64,000 nt of DNA from Auanema rhodensis. Taxonomy: Eukaryota; Animalia; Nematoda. The stretch is taken from contig OZ059898.1 of the NCBI GenBank assembly GCA_964057225.1, forward strand, positions 4,774,001-4,838,000, written 5' to 3'. The notes under the pieces are model-generated. The model did not search any database, was not told the origin of the DNA, and worked only from the letters and a program-made list of their open reading frames with translations. Shown here one piece after another: positions 23,001 through 37,800 of the stretch (within the stretch, counting starts at the first letter, position 1; the number at the start of each line of letters is the position of its first letter). A program made the position numbers and the translations under genes.

Positions 23001-26000
23001 AAAACAAAACTTTGTTGAGAGAAAAGAAAAAAATGCTCTTCAGAAGGGATGGTAGAAAGACGTGCAATTGTTGAAAGACCTCTCCCACAGTAGCTGGTCA
23101 TTGTTCTGGAAATGACCCTGTTCATTGGGGCGCCCTGCCGAGAGCTCTGCTCATTCGCTACATTAGTTTTCTCATTTTTAACATCTGCTAGTACTAGTTG
23201 TAATAGGTTTGATAAAGGAATGAGCGTCCCCTCATTACAATAGTTATTATAACAATACCCATAAATCGAGTATTACAAAAACACTTTGCATGAACAGGTA
23301 TAACTAATATTGGAATCGCTTAACACTTCTATAGGATTGGATTGTAAAATGAAAAAGAGAAGAAGAAAACTGTAAAAAAACTATTTAGCATAACAACACG
23401 TTTACACGGTAAGCTACACCCGTTGAACGGCTTGAGTGTGTGTAAGTAGGAATGATTGACATAGCTACCACTTATTACATCACTGAATTCAACACCAAAA
23501 CTAAGTCACACTCCAAGTAGCATATAAGCTGATCCTCAACAAATACTCTCAGACAAGGTGACAAATGGTGTCGAACTTCGTATTTATCTGACTAATCATT
23601 ACGTAAGATTCATGTGCAAATATTGTATTGACGTAATTCTAAGCATTGAGATAGTAAGAGATATTAAAAGTTAAAGTTCAAATAGAGTTAATGGCCATAT
23701 GAAACTGGAGTAAAGCAATTTTGAAATGCGCAACATATCAACTCATGCAGATATTACAATAAATACTAATATTCAATATTGCTTATATATAAAACAAAAA
23801 AAGAAGACAGGATTATAGAATGGAGAATCTATGCATGTTCTACACTTAAGCAGTTTTTCATCGTTTGATTTGGGCAGGTGAGCCAATTATGATGCACATC
23901 TGTCCTTATACAAGGAGTAAACATCACTTTTTAGAGAGCAAACCATCTGTATGGAACAAAATGAAAGACATAGTTCAAAGAAAGCTTGTATAAGTAATGT
24001 TAACATTATAATGTTATAATAGTATAAGTTAAAATATAGTTTAAAAAACTAGTCGAATGGCTGAAACATTGTGCGAGTATGTGTCACATTAAGACTTAAT
24101 CATCACCCGATGAATCAATTAAGATTGTGATCACAAAGATTAGGGATTACGTAACGACGTATTGTCTTGACAAAAGTTTGATCTCTCAATATTGCTAAGT
24201 GCAAATGTTGTCTAATGAAAGAAGAATATTGTAACCTCGTAGAATTGTTACAATGCTCTAACTCATAGAATGAAAACAGTTTTAGTTCAAACTCCTAATG
24301 TCTATTTTTTGGTTCTTTAATTATTGTTTCATAGATTAGAATGAAAATGAAAGTGAAATAAATTAATGTTAGAATTAAAAAACGAGAAAAATAAAAAAAT
24401 AAATGATATTGTTGAAAACGTACCAATCGTAATTCACTAATGGTGCGACTAAGTGTCCACTCATGGCTATTAACAAATGCATCTGAAAATAGAAAATTAA
24501 AACATAAATTTATATGTATATTAGTGTATATAGATATTTTATTTTGTAAATATATTCATAGACACTCAATAGGTTTCGTTCTTACGTCTCTTTTCGGTTG
24601 AAATTCCATTGTACGATTGTTTAGACTGGCGTTGAGAACGGAGAGAATGATCTTTACGAGCACGTGCTGGTTCTCGAAACTGAACAATTCGTGGTTCAGG
24701 AACAGCAAAGCTTTGAACACGTATAGGTGTTGCTGTGGTTGAGCAGGATTTATTTGGATTGAACATTTCTGGAGCAGCTCTCCTTCGTTTTTCACCTCTG
24801 CTATGAAGAATAGCAGCATCAGCACTTGGAGTACGATTGTAAGTTCGCACTGGGGTAGCATTAAGGCTGGAAGTGGGATTTGAGCTTTCCTGATGAGCAG
24901 ATGCCCCTCTTCGCTCACGGAATAGAGTTAGACTTTGGTTGAGAATATCCTTTTTTGATAAAACGCTGCGAGCCCCGAGTAGTTCTTTCAGAGCACGTGA
25001 AATCCGAGATCCACCTTTAACTTTACGATTGCTCGGTGTTACATAACTGGTACAGTTCATTGAATATGGAACTGTTTCATCTTCATCCAACAAGCTGGTT
25101 GGATCATGCACTGTCATATTCAAACGATAGCTGATTGAACATCCGGCAGGAGTACGGTAGATGCTTCTATTAAGATCTTGATAGGAAGGGTTTGCAGATG
25201 ACGGCCAGATGAACGATCCTGACCCGTAGTCCTCATAATCTAATGAAGTTCTGGTGCGAGTTAAAGGCATGTTGATATTTTTCCGTTTGGTAGTAACACA
25301 AGTTTAATTGTTAATAAATTGTTCCGATGAAAGTTTAAAAGCAAGTCAATGCAAGTCAAACAACAGCTTTCAAAAGAAATACTGCATTATATCCTAAAAA
25401 AATTGATATAGAATAAGAATACTACGAAGTAATAGAGAAACAAGAAAACTCGATGAAACACTTGTAGTCAATAGATAATGAGAGAAGTAAAGAAGGAGTC
25501 AAATAAAAAATATATATTCATTTGAACAACAAATATTTACGGCAGTTTGCATATAATAGTCAAGCGAATAGCTTCTGTATATGTGATATAGAAAAGCATG
25601 ATAGGGATTTTTCTGTTACAAAGAAGAGCCGAACGTTATGCAATCTTTCATTATCAACACGATAGAAGCCGAAAACCAATTGGCATCGTGATATCTATTT
25701 ATGACCTGCTACCAGTACTCAATGATAGCTGGATTAACAAGTTTCATATGATAATATTGCTGGAGAATATAGATGAATAAAAGGAGCCGACTATAGCGAG
25801 AGCTAATGAGGAACAAGTTCGATCATGAAGTATCTTATATGAGTTTTAAGAACCAGAATGAAGCGAATTTAACAGCAGTATAATTATGAGAAAAGTAGAA
25901 AAATCGATGATATGCCGTTCGTACCAAACGAATTATAGCAAAATAGACATTAAAGACATCCAGGATATTCGCTCTCCAAATTTAAGAATGGGTTGTAAAA

Positions 26001-29000
26001 ACTATAGCATTCAAAGAATAGATAGACAACGAATTGCCAAATAAGTAAGCGGCCGAGAAGTCAGTTTCATGGCAATTTGCCATAAAAGAAATGTGGCAAC
26101 CATTACCAGAAACGACTCAACAACTAGAAGCATTTTAGCTATGTGGATGATGTAGGCTTTAAAGATGAAATAAGCACTACAACGTGTACACCCACATCCG
26201 TATATTAGCTCGCTTCAGAGAGATAAGAATGAGAATGAAGAACTAAACAGTACAACAAGGGGAGGAGTTCCTTGAAACTTCAGTGTAATTCACGCATCCA
26301 TTGAAACTGAACACCATTTCAGAAAAGGCATGCCAACCAGACTTTACAACAGACTTTGAAATCAACAATAGCTACTTGATTCCAACAACGATGATCTCTA
26401 ACTGAATCGAGTCAGTCTGCATCTGCTCAAAAACAATATCAGACATGATCAGTTACGGAAGTATTCGATTCCATAATTATGTAGTCTGCTCTCTATAGGT
26501 AGCTCTTAACTGCTCCCTACCGTGCTCTCAGGAAACAGAATCACCGGAAATTGATATAGAATTGTACCGCAGTGAAATTCATTTCACTGAAGCAGCTGAG
26601 CAAGATGATGGATAAGTCCAGTTGTTTGCCCGGCTGTCGATGTTGTCGATTTTAAGCAGAAGGAAGATGACGAACAAGAACGCAATAAGACCAAAAGAAG
26701 ATGAAAATGATATGAGAAGAGAAAGCAAAAGAATATGAAAGAGTGAGAGAGAAGTCCGGATAAGAAAAAGACAGCCGGGCAAGATTTGAAAGGAATGAAT
26801 AGCTTAAAGCAATCTGTCTGTGCGACATTTTTGTTGAATGAAATTCACAATAGAATTTAGAACACTTGGCCAGTAAATAATAGAAATAATGCTAAATATA
26901 AAAAGAGAATATGTTATAAATATATAAATAAAGTAGGAGTTCTCTAGCACGAGAAAACAAAAAAAGTGTGAATATAATTGTTGTTTTCTAGCACATTATG
27001 TGAGGAGCATCTTAAATAATACAATAGGCGCTTAATTAAAGAATTGTACATACAAGAACTGTAAGTACCAGCTGATTATTAGTCAATGAGAGCCCATAAT
27101 CAACATTATAAAACAATAGAAAAGTGCATACAAACCACTTAAAGTATGGGATTAACAAATCTAAGTGAAGGTTAATCGTTTCAGAAGAGTTGGAGATGAT
27201 GCTCTAGCGTAGCAAGTACATTAGGATAATGGCAAACATTGAATGTAGAAATCTGTCACGGTAAAGCTCAAAAAAGAGAAAATGATTATAATGCGTTTCG
27301 TTACGTAACCGAGTAACAAACAAATAGATAATGTGAATCATGATTCGCATTATTCCATTATTATAGAGAGAAACTATTTCAATTTCAAAAAAAAAGGAAT
27401 GAAAAGGAAAAAAAACTAATTCAGAATGAGGATGTATTCTAATATATCTTCAAAATGTAATGAAGACAGATTTGAACAGACACAGATACAATTTATCCTC
27501 GACTTGACCTTTGTGTAACTGACAAAATACATGTCAGAACATGAAGGTTAAACGGAATAACTTTTACTCAAATCTACCTTATCAAGCTGATGATCAGTGT
27601 AGAATGTCTTATGCAACTCGTTGAGGACAGGACTATGCTGCTGTTCCCAGATTGCAAAGAATATTAGCTATAGTTCAATCTACACTACGCAGCAATTCAG
27701 ATTTGCTGAGATAGTGAGAATATGATAAAGAAACCAGGAATCATGTTAAATGGTTGTATATACAGTTTTAATTGGTTAAAACTAAAAACTTATGAATTAC
27801 ACTTTATGTACCCTACCAATACTTTTTATTCAAGAAAGTTCTAGATAAATGTAATTAAAAAAATAAATTAGATGTTAAAGCAATTATCAAAGACAGCAGT
27901 TGAACAGCTATCATTACAAATATAGGGAAGCATAAATAATTCGTTTTGCTTTAAAGCCGAGATCAATCTTTTCTGTCTCGAACAGTAGTATCTGAACCCC
28001 CCAGTGAGAACGAGCCATCTGTCCATTAGAGGAAGTGTTAAATAAGAATACAAGAAAGAAGAAATTGAATAAGATGCTTTTTATAGTCATTCACCGCCTA
28101 ACGTTGAACAGTCAACTTACAATAGCATGACAGACGTGGTAACGCTGTTGGAAGTCGTGAATGACCATACACCTCATTTAAACTTCAAAATTGAAAACTT
28201 AGCTGGCGTCAAGTTGTCGTAGACCACCCAAATGTACAAGGACAATTAATTATAATATGAGCCGACAAATGTCCATTTATGAGCTCTACTCATCATTACC
28301 TTAAACCCGATCACAGTAGCGACAGATATGATGAATGTGAATGAGTTGTATTGTAAGTAATACATTTGAACAGAAATCCTGCACAAAAGCGACTGATGCG
28401 AATTTAAGTACAAGTTGAAAAAACAGTGTGAGGACATTACTGTATTCTGCTTTATATGCGTACAAACATTAAAATATCATAACTGATTATTTGAAAGTAG
28501 AACGTATTCATATACAGCTCATTTCCTTACTAATATATCAACAGGGATTAACTAAAAATAGACATCACCTGCACGACAAAAAAACCCATGAACTAATGGC
28601 CCATACATGTTAAATGTGTCATATAATGGAGCCATCAACATACATTTTGGAGGCTAGAAATAAAAATAATCGACAGAAAATTATAAAAGAATCAAGTCAA
28701 GATTTTAGCTCCAGATTTTCACTGCTCGTGAAGAAATAAGAATTTATATGAGAACCAAATTCAGAAAGTGATTTGTCATAACAAGCGGTTGACTTTAGTT
28801 TAACAACGTACGGTCATAACACCGACATAAAAAAAAGCTAACTAAAGGTAATATTAATCGCATTAAGAATTAAATAAACAAATGCTAGTGTAAAACGACA
28901 ACCTATATAGGCGGTCAGTACTTTTATGGTTAAATGCAGTTTGGATTACACTAAAAACAGCAAAGGATAGAAGATTTGTCTTTCGATATAAAAATAGTCA

Positions 29001-32000
29001 ATTAGCACATATTTAACGCCTAAGAATAACGAAAAGAACAGAACAAAGTACCTATGAATTACAAAAGAACCTAATTTTTACTGAAACAAACTAACAAATA
29101 TTAAATTTATTAGCTGTTTAATAAGGGAATTGAAAAATAAAACCAGATTTTAGGTATTTTTTAAATGTGAACATTATTTTATTGTATATATAAGATATAT
29201 GTTTTATGTATATGTTTACCTAGAAGGAGAATAATTTAGAAATAAAGCTAAGATTTGGATAGAATAAATGAAAACAGGTCTTACGATGAAGAACAACTGT
29301 CCTTACTAAACCAATTCAAAAGATAAAGGGTAATAATTGCATTTTAAACTGTGTACGTTGTCGTTTAAGTGAGAGTAGCTTATCCAATACTGATGAAAAA
29401 CGTCAAGGCTGATTTACAACCTCCAATGCCGCCATTTGAACTCAATCGTAAAGACGTCTTTAATCAAAATTCAGGCGGACGGTTGGCAGAGCCTAGGACG
29501 GGATGCTCCGACTTTCACCAGCCTAGACAGAATGTCTCTATTCCAAAGCAAAAAATGAGAAGATCTACTGTACAAGAAGAAATTTGTTAAAAGAACTGTC
29601 AGATTCGGAATATTTGAAATTTGCAATTGAGTTATAGGTATATTTCACAAAGTTAACTAAGGTTTGTGACATACAAAGTCAATAAATCCGTTAGACAGTC
29701 TGGTGCCAATTTCAGGATCAATCCGGTGTACATCAGCTGGATAAGTCCGGATTAAAACTGTTGGGAACTAATGCCTAAATAGAAAATGACATGTTCGAAG
29801 AGTAGAAACAGATGTCATAACTTTTTTTTTTTAGTTTTCCATAACAATAGGAAAATTGGCATTTTACCATTTGACTAAAATTGTTTCTATCTATTATCTA
29901 GCTACTGACATACTATTCGAAACTATAGAAAATGGCATGAGTATAGAACAATGAATAAAACAGTTAAGAATTTGTAGAATTGGATATTACAGAATAAGAC
30001 AAGAAAGAATTGTTTCTAGGCGTTAAAAAGATAATAGGTTTATCTCGAGCGAACACAACTTAAACATTTCAGTGCTAAACTTGACACATCTTGTGACAAT
30101 CAGTTCGTTTTTTTTTTGTCGAGAAGTTTGAAAATGGAAATGTCACAATGGGCACGAATCATTCTTAAAAAAAAACTTAAGAGACGAAAGGAAAACTGAC
30201 AATATTACAATGCTGAAAGTGAACATGGATAAAAATCAGAATGAACAAGAGTGTTGCTTGATCAAAGAGTAAATCTGAATTAGTTTGATTTCAATTATTT
30301 GAAAATTTTGAATAAAAAATTCGAGAGAATGCATTATCAATTGAGACAGTCGTAATTGTGTTATGAGCGACATAGAAGGCGAGAAAAGCAACAGGCTAGA
30401 GAGTATAGTAACTTGAGCCAGATGACCCTCGACTAGAACTGTTGATGATCTGATCCACTTGTGTGCGGCATTAGTAAAGGAATGAAGAGGAGGCAGAGAG
30501 GGCAGCGGCGATTCCAGTCCAAGTTGCCTAATGACGCGAACTGTCCACTCAATCAGCGGATGTTAAACATCATACAAAAAGCAAGAAGATGAAAGGCATG
30601 ATTCTTGAAAAATTCGCATCTGTAGTGTAAAGATGCCACACCTTCATTGCACTTTTCTTGGTGCTCATTGAAAATGATGTAATATTCAATGAGCATCATA
30701 AGATCAGAGAAAATACAATTAGATGACGATAAAAATAATAGACTGAAGACGGTTTTTTTTAATTCAAAAACTACTGTTCAAAAACATGTATGAGACATGT
30801 AAATGATGTTGTGCTAATGAGGTGCGCGACGGGCCATGTCGAACAAGGGTGTCGGATAGACAACACGAAAGAATATGATGCCATTGTGCAAGAACAGCAG
30901 TGCCAATAAACTAGTTAATATGACCATCCGACTGGCGCCACCTGGACCTCATGCTCACATGTATCCTTCACTGATTATGTGCGTGTGTACGTATGTGTCT
31001 GCCTGTGACCGTAATCTGCTAAAGCCCTAATAGGCCAAAGCACATAATCATCATCTGTATACACAGAGTTATAGACATACAGAAAGCCAGTTATGGTTTG
31101 GAATAAACTCATGAAAATCGAAATGAATATAACGTGATGAAATTGTGATTCAACAATATTTCGAGATTATATGTTGGATCAACAGAACTTAAATTCAAAA
31201 TGGAAAACAAATCAAAGAATGCTCATTCCAAGTGATGCAACAATCCACAGCTGCTATTAAGAGTACTCTACTTCAACTCGAAACTGGACATTAGATGAAC
31301 AATCTTACGAACAGTTTATGAGTTTTAAACAAGTCAGCCAACAGAACATGAAACTATGCAGCTGCTACTCGTAATTTCAATAAAATTGGTTCATTTTCAA
31401 AAAGTAATTTCATTTGCTATTCCGACATGAATATACCCTAAGCCGTGAGTAATCAACGACAGTCCTACAAGAGCCAGATCGACTTGTGGCCACAGAAAAG
31501 CATAACAGGTGGAGGCAAATTAATGAAGAAAGATAGAAATAGCATATACGAGACAAGGCGAGACAGGTCGAAGATGGATCACTGATTGACCCATACATAT
31601 CAACATATACATGCACTATTAGAATACACACAAACGGATAGAAAAATTGACAATTACTGGTCAAAGCTGCATATGAAAAGCTAATTAAAAACAATGCTAA
31701 GCTTTAACCTATAGCAAAACAACAATGATTTATTTAAATTGATGTTTGTGTACAACGCTGCAATGATTTTATTTGGAAGAAGATGGATAAAAACAAAAAT
31801 GTGTGATTAACGCCATTGAAGGTGGCAAAACATTATTCAACAAAACATAGCTAGTGAGAAATATCCTAAGGATTGATAGCATAAACTTCTGTATTTCTAA
31901 ATACAATGAAATATCATCACAAGCGAATAAAAAGAATGATAGGTTTCATCACACTGTTACAAAGATACCAAAAACTGGCTTTGAAAGACTATTCAACAAA

Positions 32001-34871
32001 AAAAGGTTAGATGAGTATGTATAACGTAATCAAAGTAAAAAAAATGAACCGCCGGAAAAAAATGGAAGGAAGCGTGAGAAACTAATCTGTTCACTAGCAA
32101 ATATCAGTACCCGTAGAAATCACTGTTTAGATTAGAACATGCTGAGAGTAAGCGGTTGTTAAACAAGCTATTTCAAATATTCATCATTATCTTAATTTTT
32201 TAAGTGAACTAAGTTAGGTATAGGTCAAAAAAGGTTTTAAATCCGCGATAAGACCGAAAAACCAATAGATTGCGCCATAGATCCGGATAAACTGTAATTG
32301 GAAAAATGCGAGGTTAATCATAATAGTGATCTTGGATCCTTTAAAAAAAAGTAATATATGATAACTATATAAGAAAGCAAAATGGTTAACCGAGTCAAAT
32401 AGCGCATTCCTAAGAAATTCAAAATGAAAAAAGAAAGAGAGATACAGAGCTTAATTCGGAAACCAAACAAAAAAGTTTACTGAGCTGGTTAGGGATTTAT
32501 CTTTGAAAAGCAATAGACCGAACCATGCTTTCTGAAGAAATAAGCAATTTCGGCAAGATGCAGAAAGTCTTCAATGTAAACAGGAGCAGTGGAGAAATAT
32601 AAAAATATAAAATAGTTTAGATATATCAATTTCGATAACTTATCATTAAGCTTCGTGTGGGTCGTTTTCAAAAATGTTATAGCTTCCACAGAAATTATAT
32701 CGTGAAAGCCACTCCCACTTTAGTGGTGATCAAGAAAAAATGCTAATTTTCCCAATATGGGGGGTCTGGCATGCGAAAAGCATATATCAATACAATTACG
32801 AGATAGCCTATTATAGAAATAATGAATGCAAGAAGTAGAGAAAATGCCCTATTGAAACATTGAATTCATTAACCGTAACAGAGAAGAAAAACAAGAATAC
32901 TGAACCTTGTGAAAGTAATGAGCTACCAGCACAAAACATTAGTTCAATGGCATATGGTGTATTGAAACGTTCTTCAACTTCATCAATTTGAAAAAGCGGC
33001 AGTTCATTGTAAGATTAAATGAAAAAAACGGAAATGATTCCTTACGCAAGTTTGAATTCAGCAAATGCATTAATTAACATGCTGTCTGCTCGTGTCACCA
33101 GATTTTTGTAAAGAACATGTGTATGCGAGAAATATAAGAAAACCGTGAAAGTATTTGAAAATTATTCTAAATAGAAAATAATTTAAAGAAGAAGATGCAT
33201 AACAAAGTATTATAATAACGAGAAAACGACTGAAGAATACATGTTGAGAGTCAATTATGGTGCACCCGTAGAAAATTGAAAAGGAGGACAGGTACTGGTT
33301 TATATATATACATATATATATTTCTTTACAATTTCACTAGTACGGTAAGAGAATTAAAGAAAATCCGGTCAGAAGCTACGAAAAACGCTAAATACTGCGA
33401 GGACGATATTCTCCAGCAGTCTTATATGACAAACATGACGTTTGACTGGTATAATAAGCTCATGAGAAGATATGGTTTCTAGGTTACATTTGAGCAAGCA
33501 AACTATGGCTGTATGAGATGATATAATCTGGTATTGAACAGAATGCAGGGCAGCCGACTCTACAGGAAGTCCAAGACATGCAATGATGCCAATTGTCTTT
33601 TTCTAGATCACTTGTTCTATTAGCTATTATGAATAGGATGACTAGCATAATACGAGATCGGAGTCAATAGCAAATATTCCGAAATAAAAAGCTAATGATT
33701 TGAAGAGAAAAGATAAAAGAAAATTTGCAAACTTTAGTATATGAAGATATGTATATGAATAAAAATTCCTTACATGCATCTAGACGTAGCTGCAATAAGC
33801 AGATTTGTAAAGGTTTATAGAATCACTTCGTTTTCAAGTTACCTTTTTAGAGGACATATAGCCACAAAAAAGGTGTTGCACACAAAGACTGTAATTGACT
33901 ATGAAATAGGACTATTCCGCTATTATGGAATCGGCAGGTAGTTCGGTTTACAATAAAGAACTTAATTTGAAAGTCTCGTTACGGACTTTCTATCATTATA
34001 AAAAACTTTTTTCATTATGTGTTTTATACTTGAAATTAGAAGAAAGAAAGTAAATAAAAGAAACAGTAACAATCTAACAATATCAAAAAAAATCGAAGCT
34101 GACTCATAAAGAAAAATATCATGTAGTCATGAATGTGCGTGAGAGTTGGATATTGCTGAACAATGCCCCAGAAACAGTAAGGAAGTGCTGAATTAACATC
34201 AAGGCCACCTTTGAAGATTAGTGGATCAGCTTGAAATTCGCTAAGTTACTCAGTATATCCGTCGAAGCGATAACATCTTCCACAAGCTTGAAGAAAAACT
34301 TTTTTAGAAGGACTGCTTGTCTTTTTGTGCCACACCATTAACAGGACGGCTTCGTTGTATCGCCTCTAGTCATTATATGAAGAGAACAGCATTGTCTAGA
34401 TATGAACAAAGCCAATAAAAACTGAAGAAAAAGACGGCAGGTATTGTATCCATTTAAGAAACAATTTCAGGAAAACTAGGCAGACACACAAATACAAGTA
34501 TTGTTTCATGTCCAGTAAAACAATATAGTTGTTAATATTGAGAAGATATGCATCAATAATAAAATAACGTATATTCTACTGATTGTGTCTATGATGCTAT
34601 TTACAAAGTAAAATAATCTTATAAAATAAACTAACCTTCTACGAGTAATAGCTGATCCCTAATTTGTGCCCGAAGGTCTGCAACACTATCCGGAAGTTCT
34701 TGAATCATGTCATATAACTAAAATAACTTTTTTAATATTTCAAAATTAAATGCTTCTAACATTATAAATTGTGGGATGTATTCCTTCGAACCGATTAACT
34801 TCTATACGAATCTGTTCAGAATTTACAGTGTTAGGCCCTGTACCACCACCTAGAAGCAAACGAGAAGACAT
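11725..34871 (-). CDS. cnt-2: AGAP/centaurin-gamma ArfGAP (GTPase-like domain, split PH, ArfGAP Zn finger, ankyrin repeats), multi-exon
   Basis: Phase-compatible GT-AG exons: 34871-34761 (MSSRLL...[17 protein letters not shown]), 34716-34636, 24482-24424 ([13 protein letters not shown]), 20778-20691 (P-loop [14 protein letters not shown]), 19535-19447 ([22 protein letters not shown]), 18516-18376, 18332-18197, 15735-15602, 15556-15409, 14285-14115, 13654-~13260 (PH: [15 protein letters not shown]), ~13211-12891, ~12846-12159 (CADC-x16-[13 protein letters not shown]; ankyrin RTPLHLAC), ~12112-11941, ~11895-11725 (ends LPASII*). Confidence 0.93.
14605..14656 (-). CDS. cnt-2: Candidate short alternative first exon of cnt-2 (MLNME...), giving an isoform without the GTPase-like domain
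   Basis: Acceptor CTGTTAG before 14656, ATG at 14620, consensus donor GTGAGT at 14604, phase 1 compatible with acceptor TTTTCAG before 14285. Confidence 0.4.
21690..21825 (+). pseudogene. Degenerate pogo/Tigger-type transposase relic (CENP-B-like HTH) in a cnt-2 intron
   Basis: Frame from 21721 reads [22 protein letters not shown], resembling the FKASNGWLxRF motif; flanked by stops and a frameshift. Confidence 0.45.
24586..25270 (-). CDS. cnt-2: Alternative first coding exon of cnt-2 (~228 aa, Ser/Arg-rich N-terminus)
   Basis: ATG-initiated 234-codon ORF inside the 10-kb intron; donor AGAC|GTAAGA at 24585 is phase 1 and matches the TTTTCAG acceptor of exon 24482 (C|AT GCA TTT GTT). Confidence 0.75.
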
Positions 34872-37800
34872 GCTCCTGATTGTCCTGCTGACACACGCAG
34901 CTGAGAGCTTAAAAAAGTAATATATACATATGTGAAATATTACTAGCAAACCTCTTGTGAATCAAGACGAATTTCGAAAGCTTTCACTACCAAACTTTTA
35001 ACAAAGTATTATGTTGAGCACAATATTAATCGTGTTATATTACGGTAAATCCATGTGAGATGTGACACAACGTAGATTGTTGCAAAGGTTTTAAAAAACT
35101 GAAATAATAATAACAGATAAATGACTAAAACAATCGGAACAAGTATTATAACAAGAAAATAAAATAAAATGCATATTTAACAAAAGAAATATGAAAAACG
35201 GGAAATATAGAACGAAAATATGAGTTATATACAACGAGGAAAAAGCTATTAAGTTACGTGAATATTCAAATTCCACGTAATAGATATGACACTTGGTGGT
35301 AATTCAGATTCGCTTTTATAGGCTAAAGAAAAAACAGTTTATATAAGAACAAATTTAGATGATACGATTGGTCACTCTAACTATGAGGAAAAATAATCAA
35401 TAATGAAAGATATTTTGTCAGCCAAAGAACAAAAAAAACAGTCAACAGAAAAGGTAAATGTATAAGAAAGTTAACTTTGAAAGAAAAAAGAAGAATATCA
35501 AAGTTAGAATTCAATTTATTATTCGTACTAATATTAAAAAATGAGAGATGAGTAAAGCATAACAGTACGAATGAATGTATGAGGTTTCTATTTACCTATT
35601 AAGGTATATGGCGTAATCAACTATTCCAACAATATATGAGGTAATAAAGAGTGAGATAAATAAAAGAGAGTAACATCTAGAGAGAGAAAAATATATAGCA
35701 ACGACATAGTACTTAAATATCTTACAAAAAGGTAATTACTTATACAAGTGTTAGATAGCAATCGTTAGCATACATGGTTAGCAATGGCTTTACCTTAAAC
35801 AACAGTCTAAGGTCAAATAAGCCACCTCACCATATTTGTGGAACAAAAAGTGGAATAAAAAAAGGCTTCATAAAAAATCAATCGTCCCATCACCCTTTGA
35901 ACTTAATGATTAAAATAACTTACATTTAAAAAATTTAATATAATGATCTTGAGGTATTCATAAAGATTACTCTTCATCAGCTATTAACGAAGAATTATAG
36001 CATTTTTACACTAATAAGATAAGAACATTGAAAAAAATTAAACAATAAAGTAATTATTCCAGAAAAACGAATATATTTAAATTTTACATAACATATGATT
36101 AATATATCCTCGTTAGCATAAGAAATATTCGTATAAGCCAAACATGAAGCAATTCTGAGTGCAAATTCTGCTCATAAATATCTGATCACAGTATGTGGCA
36201 CTGTTACACAGAGAATAGCAGATGCCTAAGCATTATACAGAGCCACAATTTGTTATCAAGCCGAGGCTACGCTATTGAGTCATATTTCACAAAAGAAGGA
36301 TTAAAACCTAAATACATTTAAGGCGAGAGTAATTGAATAGTGCAATCATAGCACAATTTAAATTTTGATTAGTTTGAGAATGGATAATTTATTTTTCTTT
36401 CAATAATTTATAGAGCTATCACGGTGGTCGAGAACTGCAGCTTTATAGCATAAAATACCCTGTAAATAGTGATCATATAAGAGGGAAAGTATTATATATA
36501 ATATATTTAACAGAAAATAAGTTTGATTTACCAAAATATTGAATGAGTATAAAAATGTATTTCCCATACGTAGTAAGATATGAATGAAATCAGAAGTTCT
36601 AAACACGTGTTGATCAAAAGAAAATTCAAGAAATGAAAAGATACAGGTGTTGGCATGATCGAAGAAGGAATATTAACAGAAGAATCGGTATAGGAAAGAT
36701 TTTTTTAAAATATATACATTCATCTCATAAACGTAACGAAACATACAATAAACTGTCAATATAATAAAACAAAGTTTACAAAATACTATAATAGAGTAAA
36801 TTAAATAACTTACAAATAGTGGTTAAATACTGAATTTCGAATAATTGACAGACAATGCTCTAATAAAATAAGAGTTTGCCTTAGCGAAAGGATTAGAAGA
36901 AAGTTCTGAATGTGAGGAATATAAAGCTTTAGTCAAATATTAAAATGATTTGTGCATGGCTTCCTTTAACATACAGCAATTAGTTTCGTTTAGATACGCA
37001 TAAAGGCTAACGATTTCTGTGTAAGATAAGGAAATCGAAATAGGCAGATGTATCAGCAGCCTTGTGGATGCAGCATAATATTAAAAGGTTAAATCATACA
37101 AGGACAACAGTAAGCATGCCTCTATGAACAGGTGAATCTAACCGATTGAATATCGATCAATTTTGGCACAGAAATCAATAAAGAAAGAAAACTAAGATTT
37201 ACTGAATAATTTCTTTTTAAGTAGGAATATATATTATACGAAAAGTGAAACGTATCCGTCAAAAATGAAATGGTTTGCATTGGTAAATGATTGCTTAAAA
37301 AATGGTGGCTCTGATTTAGCCCGATTGAAAGATTATTCGTCGCAAATAGAGAAGCAGCATGAACGAGCACAAAGGTCAAATTTATAAATACTATATATGA
37401 ATTGATCAGAAAATTAAGAACAAAAAATATATCTGAGATCATCCGTGAACGAAGCATATTTAATCATTCTTTGTTCGAATATACCGAAAAGAGTAGTAGG
37501 CACAACTGTTGAGAAGGTGTCACTTGAACCACCCGGTATCATAGGCTTTGTCTGCATACGTAATTAATTTAATGAAAGAAGGCCACAAAACAGAAGATAA
37601 AGAAGCAATTTCTGAGTGAACTCATTGAAGTAGCCGTCCAAAAAGAATTGATCTCAACAATTGGCAATATTATCAAGTAAATAGAAAAATATTATAAATA
37701 ATGAAATAAACCTTTGGTACAAAACATTGATTTAAACAAAGGACAAAGCAGAATAAGACATTTACAGATAAAGATTGTTACATTTTTGAGAAGAAAGTAG

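Noticed and set aside
23995-24016. Overlapping 14-16-bp AT-rich palindromes
   Set aside because: Low complexity in very AT-rich DNA; not significant without other support.
29369-29590. 73-aa GTG-started ORF in a GC-richer intronic patch
   Set aside because: No convincing transposase, RT or host motif in the frames I read.
36224-36231. GCCTAAGC (and CTAAGCCT at ~38861) as telomerase-RNA template or telomere seed
   Set aside because: Isolated 8-mers are expected by chance in 64 kb; no tandem TTAGGC and no supporting structure seen.
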